From the IMG/VR virus record IMGVR_UViG_2912101750_000002: a DNA stretch of 64,000 nt, one strand, 5' to 3'. How positions within the stretch are numbered: the stretch's first letter is position 1; every line of letters begins with the position of its first letter. Below are positions 37,274-46,152 of the stretch, piece by piece. Origin of the DNA: a virus (taxonomy: Duplodnaviria; Caudoviricetes). The notes below the pieces were generated by a model, which saw only the letters and a list, made by a program, of their open reading frames with translations, was not told where the DNA came from and made no database searches. The translations under genes were made by a program, and so were the position numbers.

Positions 37274-37350
37274 TGGTTGCGGGAAGCGGATTCGAACCGC
37301 TGACCTTTAGGTTATGAGCCTAACGAGCTACCGGGCTGCTCCACCCCGCT
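37274..37350 (-). tRNA. tRNA-Met(CAT), initiator-like
   Basis: GTGGAGCAGCCCGGTAGCTCG D-arm, CT-CAT-AA, unpaired 1:72, CCA. Confidence 0.9.
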
Positions 37351-37359
37351 GGATAAAAA

Positions 37360-37600
37360 GGAACGGCGCGCTTTCGCGTCTTGGCTATTGCTGCGGTGCG
37401 ACGCACATACAGCAACCGTTAATCAGTAGCCCGCTCACCGCCACGCCCTTACGGGCAAACAGCAGGAGCGGGCAATCACCGTCGCGGAGGAGGACGCGCC
37501 AGTGATGGGATTAGGGATCAGTCGCACTTTCACTTGCAAGCCGTAGCGTACTGCCGGAAGCACCGTTGCCCTAAAGGGTTGGATGGCTCTTTGCCTTCCT
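37360..37600 (-). ncRNA. candidate structured RNA upstream of tRNA cluster
   Basis: successive hairpins with GNRA loops and a TCCTCCTC loop; no credible ORF. Confidence 0.4.
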
Positions 37601-37642
37601 ACCTATAAGGCGCGGGAGAGTGAACTGGTTATAACCAACGCG

Positions 37643-38353
37643 CTAAGCAGCGATATCCTTCCTCGTCAGTGCACCCAATGCGTCCCGAACCGTAAACAAG
37701 CCTGTGTGTACTAAAGCGCGTCCGGCGCCCATTGACCCAGCACGGTTCGCTATGCCCGCCGCATTGCCAACCTCAGCTAGCGTAGCGCAGTCCACAACGG
37801 CCATTTCGAACGGCTCCACGAGAAGCCCTAAGCGCCTTTGGAGGTGCGCCAGTAGTGAACGTGCATCCAGCGCATTGATAATCTCCATATCGCCGTTCCA
37901 CGGCTTAGGCACAGGCGCTGCGTTCTTTTTGCTGTCTGCGTTGGTTGGCGACTTCATAGTTGCAGGAATATCGGTCGGCGCGGACTTAAGCACGAACTCA
38001 CCGCCATAAATGATGCGGCCTGAACTCTCATCAATCCGGTTCTTGTGGACGATGGTCATCTCAGGTGGTGGCGTGGCCTTGAAGCCTAGCGCAACCTCAG
38101 CCTTGGCCGTATCGTATATCTTGCGATACTTCATAGCGTAGGCGAGTAGGTCGCCAGAGCCTTCAGCCAACAGCGCCTTGGCCAACGGCCAAGCGATATT
38201 GTCATTATCAGCCTTGCCGTCCCAATCCTTGCCGATTGCTTGGCGCTTTCCGATACGGACCTTGAAGCGACGCATGGCTCTCTTTTGCTCCTCAGCACGT
38301 TCGGCTAGCATTAGGCGAGTAGCTGCGCGCTCGTCTGGCGTATTGTCGTTCAT
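37643..38353 (-). CDS. hypothetical protein, possible late transcription regulator
   Basis: last early gene; C-terminal HTH-like TLAEVG segment. Confidence 0.6.
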   Translation of the reverse strand: MNDNTPDERAATRLMLAERAEEQKRAMRRFKVRIGKRQAIGKDWDGKADNDNIAWPLAKALLAEGSGDLLAYAMKYRKIYDTAKAEVALGFKATPPPEMTIVHKNRIDESSGRIIYGGEFVLKSAPTDIPATMKSPTNADSKKNAAPVPKPWNGDMEIINALDARSLLAHLQRRLGLLVEPFEMAVVDCATLAEVGNAAGIANRAGSMGAGRALVHTGLFTVRDALGALTRKDIAA

Positions 38354-38400
38354 GCGAGTCCCCAAATCCAGTTAGGCAGTCCCGTACAACGTATATAGTT

Positions 38401-38928
38401 TTATGCAGCCATTTTTTCCATGCTGCCATTGTCGTTAGCCGCAAGCCAGCCGCGCACTAGCGCAACGCTGGCAGTGGCGCACTCATCGGGTGTCGCAGCC
38501 TTAATCACCTCGACGCGATAGCCAAGGGCGCGCAACAGTGCGTGACGCTCAACCTGACCACCGCGCTTCTTGCCCTTGATGATCTTGTCCTTGCTTAGCG
38601 ACCCTTCAGCATTCTTATACTCGATAAGCAGTAGCCTGCCGCTTGACGCGTAGATGCGCAGGTCTGGGTCGCCAGCCATCACACCGGTAGCTTTTGCTTT
38701 CGTGGCGTCTCTCTTGCCAGCCGCAAAATCAGCCGCGAATGTGAACGTCCCTGGCTTAACATCGCTTGCCTTAGTCGCGCATTCCGGTAGTGCCCGCAAT
38801 CGACGCACAGCCTCGGCTTGCAATTCCCACTCGAGAACAGGGGCTGCCTCAATAGTAATCTTGCCATCCTTGGTTATCAGCCGCGTACGCTTGCCGCCGA
38901 TCTTTACCGTCTGCTGTGTGCGGGTCAT
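38401..38928 (-). CDS. VRR-NUC family nuclease
   Basis: EWELQ, GVMAGDPDL, IEYK, Q..H. Confidence 0.85.
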   Translation of the reverse strand: MTRTQQTVKIGGKRTRLITKDGKITIEAAPVLEWELQAEAVRRLRALPECATKASDVKPGTFTFAADFAAGKRDATKAKATGVMAGDPDLRIYASSGRLLLIEYKNAEGSLSKDKIIKGKKRGGQVERHALLRALGYRVEVIKAATPDECATASVALVRGWLAANDNGSMEKMAA

Positions 38929-39590
38929 ATGCGCTTTTCCCTAAGTTCAATCATCATAGCCGCATGCGCAGCCAGTTCTTCCGTGGTCAACCTGCCGGGC
39001 AGCGCTACTAGCCGAACTGGCAGCGCTCCTATTTCCGTGGTGCGCTCGCTAAACGCCAATTCCAACCCAACCTGCCTACCGACCAACTCCACATAGACTT
39101 CGGCTAGCAATTGCGCGTCGATGAGTGCGCCGTGTGTTGTGCGGGCTGCTGTGGATATGCCATACCGCCTACACAGCGCGTCAAGGCTAGCCGGTGAGCC
39201 AGGATGCTTTGTGCGCGCCATTGCCAGCGTGTCTATGACATGGTTGGCCAAGACTGGCATACCGGCTCGCGTGAGTTCGGCGTTCAGGATGCCAACGTCA
39301 AAGCTGGCGTTGTGAGCCACCAGCGGAGCGTTGCCGATGAAGTCCAGCAGGCCAGCCGCTGTGTCTGCAAAGCTGGCCGCACCAGCCAGCATCGCATCGG
39401 TGATGCCGTGCACCGCGGTAGCGTCTGCCGGCATCGGCACACCGGGATTGACGTAGGCGTGAAACGTGCGGCCCGTAGGCAGCATGTCGTAAAGTTCCAC
39501 GGCGCCAATCTCAGCCACCCGATCGGCACGGATGTCGACGCCAGTGGTCTCGGTGTCGATGACGATTTGGCGGGTGGGCTGGCGGGTCAT
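38925..39590 (-). CDS. dnaQ: DNA polymerase III epsilon-like 3'-5' exonuclease
   Basis: IDTETTG, AHNASFD, SLDALC, HGALIDA. Confidence 0.92.
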   Translation of the reverse strand: MTRQPTRQIVIDTETTGVDIRADRVAEIGAVELYDMLPTGRTFHAYVNPGVPMPADATAVHGITDAMLAGAASFADTAAGLLDFIGNAPLVAHNASFDVGILNAELTRAGMPVLANHVIDTLAMARTKHPGSPASLDALCRRYGISTAARTTHGALIDAQLLAEVYVELVGRQVGLELAFSERTTEIGALPVRLVALPGRLTTEELAAHAAMMIELREKRI

Positions 39591-39623
39591 TTTCTTACTA
39601 CCTAAAACCAATTTCTAAGCACC

Positions 39624-39962
39624 GGGACAAATTCCCCCTCTAAAGAGGGGGGAATATGTTGTCCCGCTGGATGCTCGTGGGACAAATTAACGGGACAAGC
39701 GGGACAAGCGGGACAAAATACGTTCTAAGTTATTGATTTTATTGATGATGGTTTTTGGCGTTTTGTCCCGCCTTGTCCCGTAAGTCGATTTTTAGCGGGA
39801 CAAAACAGCGGGACAAACACATGCTGCGGGACAAGTCGTTTTGTCCCGCTAGGTTGCGCTGATGGTTGTGCAACCTAGCGGTGAAATCTTGTCCCGGCAT
39901 TTTGTCCCGCAGCACTGTAAGCTATTGATATTAAACCGGGACAAGGCGGGACAACGGGACAA
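39624..39962. repeat. GGGACAA iteron array, probable replication origin
   Basis: 17 copies counted by eye (11 forward, 6 reverse), two IHF consensus sites, next to primase-helicase. Confidence 0.8.
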
Positions 39963-39970
39963 AGGTGTTT

Positions 39971-42094
39971 TTATGCCGGCCAGTACCATAGACCAATGTT
40001 ATTGACGTGACCCTCCTTGACCAGTGCATCTGGTGCCCGCTGAAACTGCTTGCGGGCGGTCTCCGCGGCTGCGGGATTGGTTGTGGTGTCGCGGCTAGCA
40101 TAAAACTCTGCCCGCCAGGTTGCCTCGTCAACCACAAGGATATCCTCCGGGAATGCGTCCCCTTCAGGCTCAATGCCGTTCCTCTCGATAGCCGCGGCAA
40201 GCGCCTTGAGGACGTCGCCCTTGTAGCCCTTGAGCGACCCAGATGTCAGCTTGGTCTCTTTGACTTGAACCACCACGGGTGCCGTTGTCGGCTCGCCGTC
40301 CTCATCGACGCCAATTTCAACGGAGTCCATGGTGAACGCCAATATCTCACCTTCTTCGCCGTCATTGGTTCCATCACAGACAAGCTTGTATTTTCCATGG
40401 TCTTTCTTGACCATGAAGCTAGCGTCAACAGCTCCGTCCAAGTCGATAGCGCCTTTGCCACGCTCGCCTGTCCAAGCGCTGTGGTGGATTGCGGTAACGT
40501 GTGCCGATGTCTCTACCAGTATCTCGTCACATGAATTGACGAAGCGACCCATGTCCTTTGATGCGTTCTGGTCGCCAGCGCCGAAGACTCGCGTCAGTGT
40601 ATCGATGATGACCCACACGCATTGAAGGCCGGTCTCAACCTCAGCGCTTTTGATTTCGGCTATAAGCTCTTTGGCGTCCTTCAGATCCTTGGTGAAATCG
40701 AGCCTTCCACCGATGATCAAGAGCGGCACATTTTCTATCTTATGCCGCTTACGGAAAGCCATCATGCGACGTTCTGTCAGCTTCTTGCGTTCAGCCGCCA
40801 CATAGATTACCAGACCTGGCTTGACCTTGCGCCCATGCCACTCCATGCCGGCGGCAACGTGGCATGCTGCATCCGTTACGATTACCGACTTTCCCGTTCC
40901 AGGCAGACCAGAGACTGTTGTGAACTCTCGAGCGCCAAGTACGCCCTTAATGAACGTCTCTTTCGGCTCGCCTTCTACGATGTCGTCAAACCACGTCCGC
41001 TCGAAACGTTCGCGCTTTTTCGGCGCTGCTGGCATGTCAACCTCTGCGTTTACATCCTGCGCTGGGGCGTCAACCTCCGTGTTGACTTCCTTCTTCTTGA
41101 GCAGCTTTGAGGTGTCGACAAGCTTGGTATTGTCGTTCTGATGCTCGCGTTCTTTGATGACGCGCGGCGACCTCATGCCATCGTCAAGGCCACGCTTAAT
41201 GCGAGCGCGCGTCTGCTTGTCGCCATCCTTTTGCAGAACACCATTGGCCGATGCGCCATGGTAAAGCTCGCCCTCCGCAATATCTCTGGATAGGACACCC
41301 GCACCCACCAGTTGACCGAGCGCATATGCGGATGCGTTCAGCTGCGCGCCGCGGTTACCTACCGCTGCTGTGGCCAGTTTGGTGATTTCCGATTCTAGCG
41401 CCACGTTGACATATGGCGCCAGGTCGCGAGCCGTGTACGTATAGTCGTGCCGTTGTGGTTCCGGCTCATTCTTGGGGAGCAACAACTCGAGCAGCCATTC
41501 GGGCGTGTCGGCGAAGTCTGGAATGCCGATCGGATCGTATGGCTGTCCGTCCGTGTCAATCCATTCGTATTTGCGCCCGTCGGCCATCATGGATCCGGGA
41601 CCGACGATATAGCCGTCCTGGCCTCTCGTATCCACGCCAGGTGCAATAGCAGCCCGATTACGGATACCGTCAACGTTCTTAAAGAAGACGTGCGTCCCGC
41701 CATTCGCAGTTCGCGCCCTGGCCGTCTCCGGCAATGGACCATGCAGAGCTTCCATTGCGGCAAGCCAAGCATGCCCGTCGCGATCGCCGTGCTTGTCTAA
41801 GTCTAGCACCCAAGCCCCTAGCGGCTCGCCAGTAGGTACGCCTATCAGTGCAGTCGGGTGGCGTTCGTTAAACCAGATGCCAACGATCCGCTCGGAGCGT
41901 GTGGCGCCCTTTAGACCGTTACTGGTTTTTGGTGATTTCTCCGGCCTAGTGATGATCTCGCCGGTTGCCGGGTCGACCTCATCGACCTCTGTCTCATGGC
42001 ACGGGAAAACGCTTATGCCTGCCGATATGAATGAACGCGCCACGTCATATGCGCTGGTGGTTGCCTGCGGTACCTTGAAATTGATTTTGGCCAT
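39971..42094 (-). CDS. bifunctional primase-polymerase (AEP) fused to AAA_25/RepA-like helicase
   Basis: VLDLD, TANGGTH, GYIV; GLPGTGKS, IIDT, IHH. Confidence 0.9.
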   Translation of the reverse strand: MAKINFKVPQATTSAYDVARSFISAGISVFPCHETEVDEVDPATGEIITRPEKSPKTSNGLKGATRSERIVGIWFNERHPTALIGVPTGEPLGAWVLDLDKHGDRDGHAWLAAMEALHGPLPETARARTANGGTHVFFKNVDGIRNRAAIAPGVDTRGQDGYIVGPGSMMADGRKYEWIDTDGQPYDPIGIPDFADTPEWLLELLLPKNEPEPQRHDYTYTARDLAPYVNVALESEITKLATAAVGNRGAQLNASAYALGQLVGAGVLSRDIAEGELYHGASANGVLQKDGDKQTRARIKRGLDDGMRSPRVIKEREHQNDNTKLVDTSKLLKKKEVNTEVDAPAQDVNAEVDMPAAPKKRERFERTWFDDIVEGEPKETFIKGVLGAREFTTVSGLPGTGKSVIVTDAACHVAAGMEWHGRKVKPGLVIYVAAERKKLTERRMMAFRKRHKIENVPLLIIGGRLDFTKDLKDAKELIAEIKSAEVETGLQCVWVIIDTLTRVFGAGDQNASKDMGRFVNSCDEILVETSAHVTAIHHSAWTGERGKGAIDLDGAVDASFMVKKDHGKYKLVCDGTNDGEEGEILAFTMDSVEIGVDEDGEPTTAPVVVQVKETKLTSGSLKGYKGDVLKALAAAIERNGIEPEGDAFPEDILVVDEATWRAEFYASRDTTTNPAAAETARKQFQRAPDALVKEGHVNNIGLWYWPA

Positions 42095-42321
42095 TACGAG
42101 GCAATCCATTCGCAATTAACTTTTATGTAGGTGGTGTCTTGTCGTGCGCCTGCATAGGTCTCAATTCTGCGCACTTTGGAATCCATCCGCTCGAAGACGT
42201 CAATGCAGCCAGACATGTCCGTGCAACTGTCCTCCTCCATAAATACGGTGCCAACACCAGTGTAAAAGTCATAGGCGACGCTGCGGACATAGCACTGCAT
42301 TGTGTCGTGGAATCTGGTCAT
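42094..42321 (-). CDS. hypothetical protein
   Basis: coupled ORF. Confidence 0.6.
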   Translation of the reverse strand: MTRFHDTMQCYVRSVAYDFYTGVGTVFMEEDSCTDMSGCIDVFERMDSKVRRIETYAGARQDTTYIKVNCEWIAS

Positions 42322-43541
42322 GCGGCGGCCATTCTGGCGGGCGTGTTGTCGTTTACCACAGCCAAAGCACGCTCTACGCGACTAATGGCTCGTCCGATTG
42401 CTTCGGGGATTTGCGGGCAGACCGCGTCGCCGAAGGCTTCGACAATGAGACTTGCTGCAACCGTCCCTCTTGGACCGCCGATTGCAATGCGCGACTGAGC
42501 CACCCAGCCGGATAACCCATCATCCACCCGTAAGTGATGGGCAAGGCCGCCGTTCCAGTTAGCCCATGGCTCTGCAGGAGAGTTGCCAAGAGGCGAGCGC
42601 CTATCCACTTGTCCGACGCTTTCCCCGTCATCGAGCCGTCTATCACCGCATCCAGTGCTGGAGAGTGGCGACGGTCGTGGGCTGGACTCCAGGAGTCCAG
42701 CCGTTTGTCCCTCTTGGTAGGAGTTGGCAGGGTTTCTAGTTGACGCTCGCCCATTGCCATTGTCGTTACAAGCGACACGCCTGTCGTCTTGTCGCTCGTC
42801 GCCTTCGCTATCTCCGGCCCGTGGTTCGCGTCGCTCGCTCGCGGCGTTGGCATCATCGCTTGGTGCAATTGATGTCGCACGGTCCCCATCCTGCCCGTAT
42901 CGCCATGTCCTCCCGCTTTCATGTCGCTCGCTCGTGGCGTCGATAGGATCATCCGAAACGGATAGGTCGAACCCGCCCCACCGCCCTTGCCGTCCTGCAT
43001 CCCGTCCGATGCCATTGGCGTCGGCAAGCGAGAATCCAATAAGCCAGCTTCGCTTGCGCTCGTGGTTCGCGCCGATGTCTCCAGCACTGACCACGAACGG
43101 CCAGCAGGTGTAGCCGATTGCCTCCAATGCATCGATGACCCGGTCTGCGCCTCTAGTTCTGAGATTAGCGCTATTCTCAAGAGCGAACCAACGAGGTCTG
43201 CATTCGTCAATGAGCCGGACAGCTTCGAAGTAGAGGCCGGAGCGCTCGCCGTCGACGCCTTTACCTTTAGTGTTGGCGCTGCTGATGTCCTGGCACGGTG
43301 GGCTGCCGACGATGATGTCGGGAAGTCCATGACCGTCCCGAACAAGTCTGTCTGCGGTAAGGGTGGTGACGTCGTCATAAACTGGGACTCCGGGGTTGTT
43401 CTGGCTGTAAAGGACGCGACGCCACGGGATGACTTCGCAGGCGGCTATGGTGCGGTAGCCTGCGCGATGCATGCCGAGTGACCAGCCGCCCGCTGCAGCG
43501 CTGAATAGGTCTAGGACGCGGGGGCCATCAGAATGGTGCAT
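42318..43541 (-). CDS. C5 cytosine DNA methyltransferase (catalytic chain)
   Basis: LDLFS, GSPPCQDIS, LENS, HERKRSW, GDAVCPQ. Confidence 0.9.
   Translation of the reverse strand: MHHSDGPRVLDLFSAAAGGWSLGMHRAGYRTIAACEVIPWRRVLYSQNNPGVPVYDDVTTLTADRLVRDGHGLPDIIVGSPPCQDISSANTKGKGVDGERSGLYFEAVRLIDECRPRWFALENSANLRTRGADRVIDALEAIGYTCWPFVVSAGDIGANHERKRSWLIGFSLADANGIGRDAGRQGRWGGFDLSVSDDPIDATSERHESGRTWRYGQDGDRATSIAPSDDANAASERREPRAGDSEGDERQDDRRVACNDNGNGRASTRNPANSYQEGQTAGLLESSPRPSPLSSTGCGDRRLDDGESVGQVDRRSPLGNSPAEPWANWNGGLAHHLRVDDGLSGWVAQSRIAIGGPRGTVAASLIVEAFGDAVCPQIPEAIGRAISRVERALAVVNDNTPARMAAA
42374..43378 (-). CDS. overlapping-frame C5 MTase partner chain
   Basis: 334-aa nested ORF with four (P/S)TP-x-x-(S/R)-D repeats and WMMGYPAGW (motif IX-like). 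Confidence 0.7.
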   Translation of the reverse strand: MTTSPPLPQTDLFGTVMDFPTSSSAAHRARTSAAPTLKVKASTASAPASTSKLSGSLTNADLVGSLLRIALISELEAQTGSSMHWRQSATPAGRSWSVLETSARTTSASEAGLLDSRLPTPMASDGMQDGKGGGAGSTYPFRMILSTPRASDMKAGGHGDTGRMGTVRHQLHQAMMPTPRASDANHGPEIAKATSDKTTGVSLVTTMAMGERQLETLPTPTKRDKRLDSWSPAHDRRHSPALDAVIDGSMTGKASDKWIGARLLATLLQSHGLTGTAALPITYGWMMGYPAGWLSRALQSAVQEGRLQQVSLSKPSATRSARKSPKQSDEPLVA

Positions 43542-43863
43542 CGCCGCTCCTCACAAGTTGACGCAACCGCTTGGTGCAGCCGTCCCAAATGCGTCCACAG
43601 AAGATAAGCACCTGTTCTTCTGTCCATTCGCCAAGGTCGGACCCGTATTCCTCCACCAGTGGGCCCGCGGCATCCATACCGCCCGCACGCGCCTTCAGCT
43701 TGTAGGCATCCGGTCGCTTTAGTCGTTGGATGTTGTCAATCATGAAGCTGCAATCCACACACAGGAACTTGGGGTCTTTGTCTCTTGGACTGGTGAAGCC
43801 CATGCCAATGCCTATTGCCCTGTCTCCGCAGAACGAGCATTCGGCCGGATCGTGTTGACTCAT
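43528..43863 (-). CDS. zinc-finger phage protein
   Basis: CSFC, CVDC; ends DAPF. Confidence 0.7.
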   Translation of the reverse strand: MSQHDPAECSFCGDRAIGIGMGFTSPRDKDPKFLCVDCSFMIDNIQRLKRPDAYKLKARAGGMDAAGPLVEEYGSDLGEWTEEQVLIFCGRIWDGCTKRLRQLVRSGDAPF

Positions 43864-44642
43864 GCTGCACCTGCAACTGGCGTAGCGGGGGCGAACATAT
43901 CGGCGGGCGGGGTATTGTCGTTCTTAGGGCGGAACATGTTTGGCTTCCTTGATGCCGCCTCGATGCGCCGGCAAGACATGTCGAAATAGGTCTCGTCCAA
44001 CTCGATCCCTATGAACGGTCGACCAGATTGAACGCAGGAAACGCCAGTGGTGCCGGAACCCATAAACGGATCCAGCACCACCCAATCCGACCAGGTTGAG
44101 TTCTCAATGTAGAGCGACATAAGTTCGGTAGGTTTTTCCGTTGGATGAGACGACTCGTCTCTCTGGAAGATGCTAACCAAACTCTTCGATGCCGGATTGC
44201 GGATTGTGAACGCCTTGCCCTTGCGCATGAATAGCGTGAATTCAGTGACGTTTTGGTAGTACTTGTTAGGCAGGGCGGAACGCTTGTCCCAAGTTAGGAT
44301 GGTGTGGAGGTCAAAGCCCGCAGCCTCCGCTGCAGCCCATGCCGCCTTCAAGTTCTTTCCATTGGACATGAAATAGGCTTGCCGGTCATCCTTCAGCGCG
44401 GCATACACGATAGGTAGCCAGTCGCTCCACTTGATGTCACACTTAACTATATCGCCTCCGTTGCCATAGTCCTTCATCCACCCGCCGAAACCTCCCTCGA
44501 GTTGAAGGTTGGCCGCGAACCCGCCTTTTGAAACAAGATATGGCGCGTCGCTGACTATGCAGTCGACAGATGACAACGTGGGCACAATGTCCCGCATGTC
44601 ACCATTGTACAAAGTACAATCGCCTATGGTTTCAACCCGCAT
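43860..44642 (-). CDS. DNA N6-A/N4-C methyltransferase
   Basis: SDAPY (variant of DPPY), HPTEKP, LDPFMGSGTT. Confidence 0.88.
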   Translation of the reverse strand: MRVETIGDCTLYNGDMRDIVPTLSSVDCIVSDAPYLVSKGGFAANLQLEGGFGGWMKDYGNGGDIVKCDIKWSDWLPIVYAALKDDRQAYFMSNGKNLKAAWAAAEAAGFDLHTILTWDKRSALPNKYYQNVTEFTLFMRKGKAFTIRNPASKSLVSIFQRDESSHPTEKPTELMSLYIENSTWSDWVVLDPFMGSGTTGVSCVQSGRPFIGIELDETYFDMSCRRIEAASRKPNMFRPKNDNTPPADMFAPATPVAGAA

Positions 44643-45379
44643 CACGCGCCTCCCATAACCTTGTCTTCCCAAACCCGAAACCCCGGAACCATCCGCATAC
44701 CGCTGCGCACGACCGCGTCGGCAGCCGACTGCACTAGGGCACGGAAAGCATCAGGATCGCGCGCGTATGCCCAATCAAGCGCCCTCTCTTCATCTTCGAG
44801 CGAAGCCTTCCACACACTTCGCAGCCCGGTCGGTCCCTTCGTTGCAGCCTTGGCAAACCGGCTAACCGCAGCGGCTTCCTTGACCAGCAGTTCGGCATCT
44901 TCGCGCGCAGCCAGGTTGCCTTGGCTGGTGGCCATTGCCTCACGGGCAATCGCGGCCAGCCGTTCCGCCTCAATGGCGGCTTCCCGCGCGATTCGTGCTT
45001 TCTCGTCGGCTTCCCGCTTGCGCCATACGGCTAGCATCTCGCCCAGCGACGCCTTGGCCAGATCGACCTTGCCCTTCTTGGGTTGGATGTACGGATTGAA
45101 CTGCTTCTGGATGGCATCAATCTTCTCGTCCAGTGGCTTCTTTGCCTCAACCCGCAGTGCGTCCGCAGCCTTGCCGGCCTCATGGATTTGGTCATAAAGC
45201 GCCGTCACCGTGTCGTGCATGGTGGCGCTGTCAATTGGCTCACCGTCGGCGAAGTTTTTGGCCTCATCGTACAGGTCTTGAACGAGGGCAAGCGCCACCT
45301 CAACGGGGTCAACCGTCGGCTGATTGTGCGTCTTGGGCGGGAGGTCGTAATAGGTGGTGTTGGCTGCTGTGTCGATCAC
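44642..45379 (-). CDS. coiled-coil phage protein
   Basis: helical Ala-rich ORF ending VPGFRV. Confidence 0.7.
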   Translation of the reverse strand: MIDTAANTTYYDLPPKTHNQPTVDPVEVALALVQDLYDEAKNFADGEPIDSATMHDTVTALYDQIHEAGKAADALRVEAKKPLDEKIDAIQKQFNPYIQPKKGKVDLAKASLGEMLAVWRKREADEKARIAREAAIEAERLAAIAREAMATSQGNLAAREDAELLVKEAAAVSRFAKAATKGPTGLRSVWKASLEDEERALDWAYARDPDAFRALVQSAADAVVRSGMRMVPGFRVWEDKVMGGA

Positions 45380-45603
45380 GCCATATCCTCATAGTAGAGT
45401 GTGTAGGACTTACCGCAGACGGCACACGCATAACGCTCTGTGTCGAAGTCGCCGCCGACTTCTTTGATGTTTGCGCATTTGGTCCAGCGTCCTGAGCCGC
45501 CAAGGATGATGCGTTCGCGTTCCGTCATCTCTGGTGGATGCGGAATGAATACGGATACGCATTCTGGCGGTTGCTTTGACTTATCGCCTTCGTGGTCACT
45601 CAT
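45376..45603 (-). CDS. small Cys protein
   Basis: coupled; CAVC. Confidence 0.55.
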   Translation of the reverse strand: MSDHEGDKSKQPPECVSVFIPHPPEMTERERIILGGSGRWTKCANIKEVGGDFDTERYACAVCGKSYTLYYEDMA

Positions 45604-45878
45604 GATGCATGTTCCTCAAATAGCTTGCCAAGTTCGATCCATTGCGCCTTGCTCTTGGCGACCACATCCTTGGCATACGTCTCGGCCGCGTCATAAGACT
45701 CGTAAATGTTGTAGGTGGAGAACTTCCGCGCGCCACACCGGAACTCGGTTATGTCAAACTTGTGCGATGTGTAGACTTCCTCAGTGACAAGAACGCCCTC
45801 CAGTAGTTCAATCTCATAGCCGTAAGTGAAGCTACGAAACTCGCGCTTCCAATTTATAACGTATCGTGCACACCGCAT
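45600..45878 (-). CDS. hypothetical protein
   Basis: SD GAGGAG; coupled. Confidence 0.55.
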   Translation of the reverse strand: MRCARYVINWKREFRSFTYGYEIELLEGVLVTEEVYTSHKFDITEFRCGARKFSTYNIYESYDAAETYAKDVVAKSKAQWIELGKLFEEHAS

Positions 45879-45954
45879 GCTATTCTCCTCAAACCTTTGA
45901 ACCTGCAGCTTGTTGCGCCATGCGCAACAATACGCATGTGCGTATATTCTGGCT

Positions 45955-46152
45955 TTATGCGGCTTCGCGTATATCCTCCCGCGCCTGCTCTGCGGACATG
46001 GCCTGCGCCAGCCGGATAGCATCCGCCGTAACGATGATGTAGCCAGCCGCCTTCAGTGCGCCTACCAACTGCGCCGCTAGCGCAGGCGCACCAGGGTAGG
46101 CATCACAACAGCCGCGCAAACTGGCGGTAAGCACTTCGGTTGGTGTTTTCAA
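45955..46152 (-). CDS. hypothetical protein
   Basis: coupled to helicase. Confidence 0.55.
   Translation of the reverse strand: MKTPTEVLTASLRGCCDAYPGAPALAAQLVGALKAAGYIIVTADAIRLAQAMSAEQAREDIREAA

Noticed and set aside
39624-39962. CRISPR-like array
   Set aside because: Repeats are 7 bp, irregularly spaced and in both orientations; no spacers or cas operon
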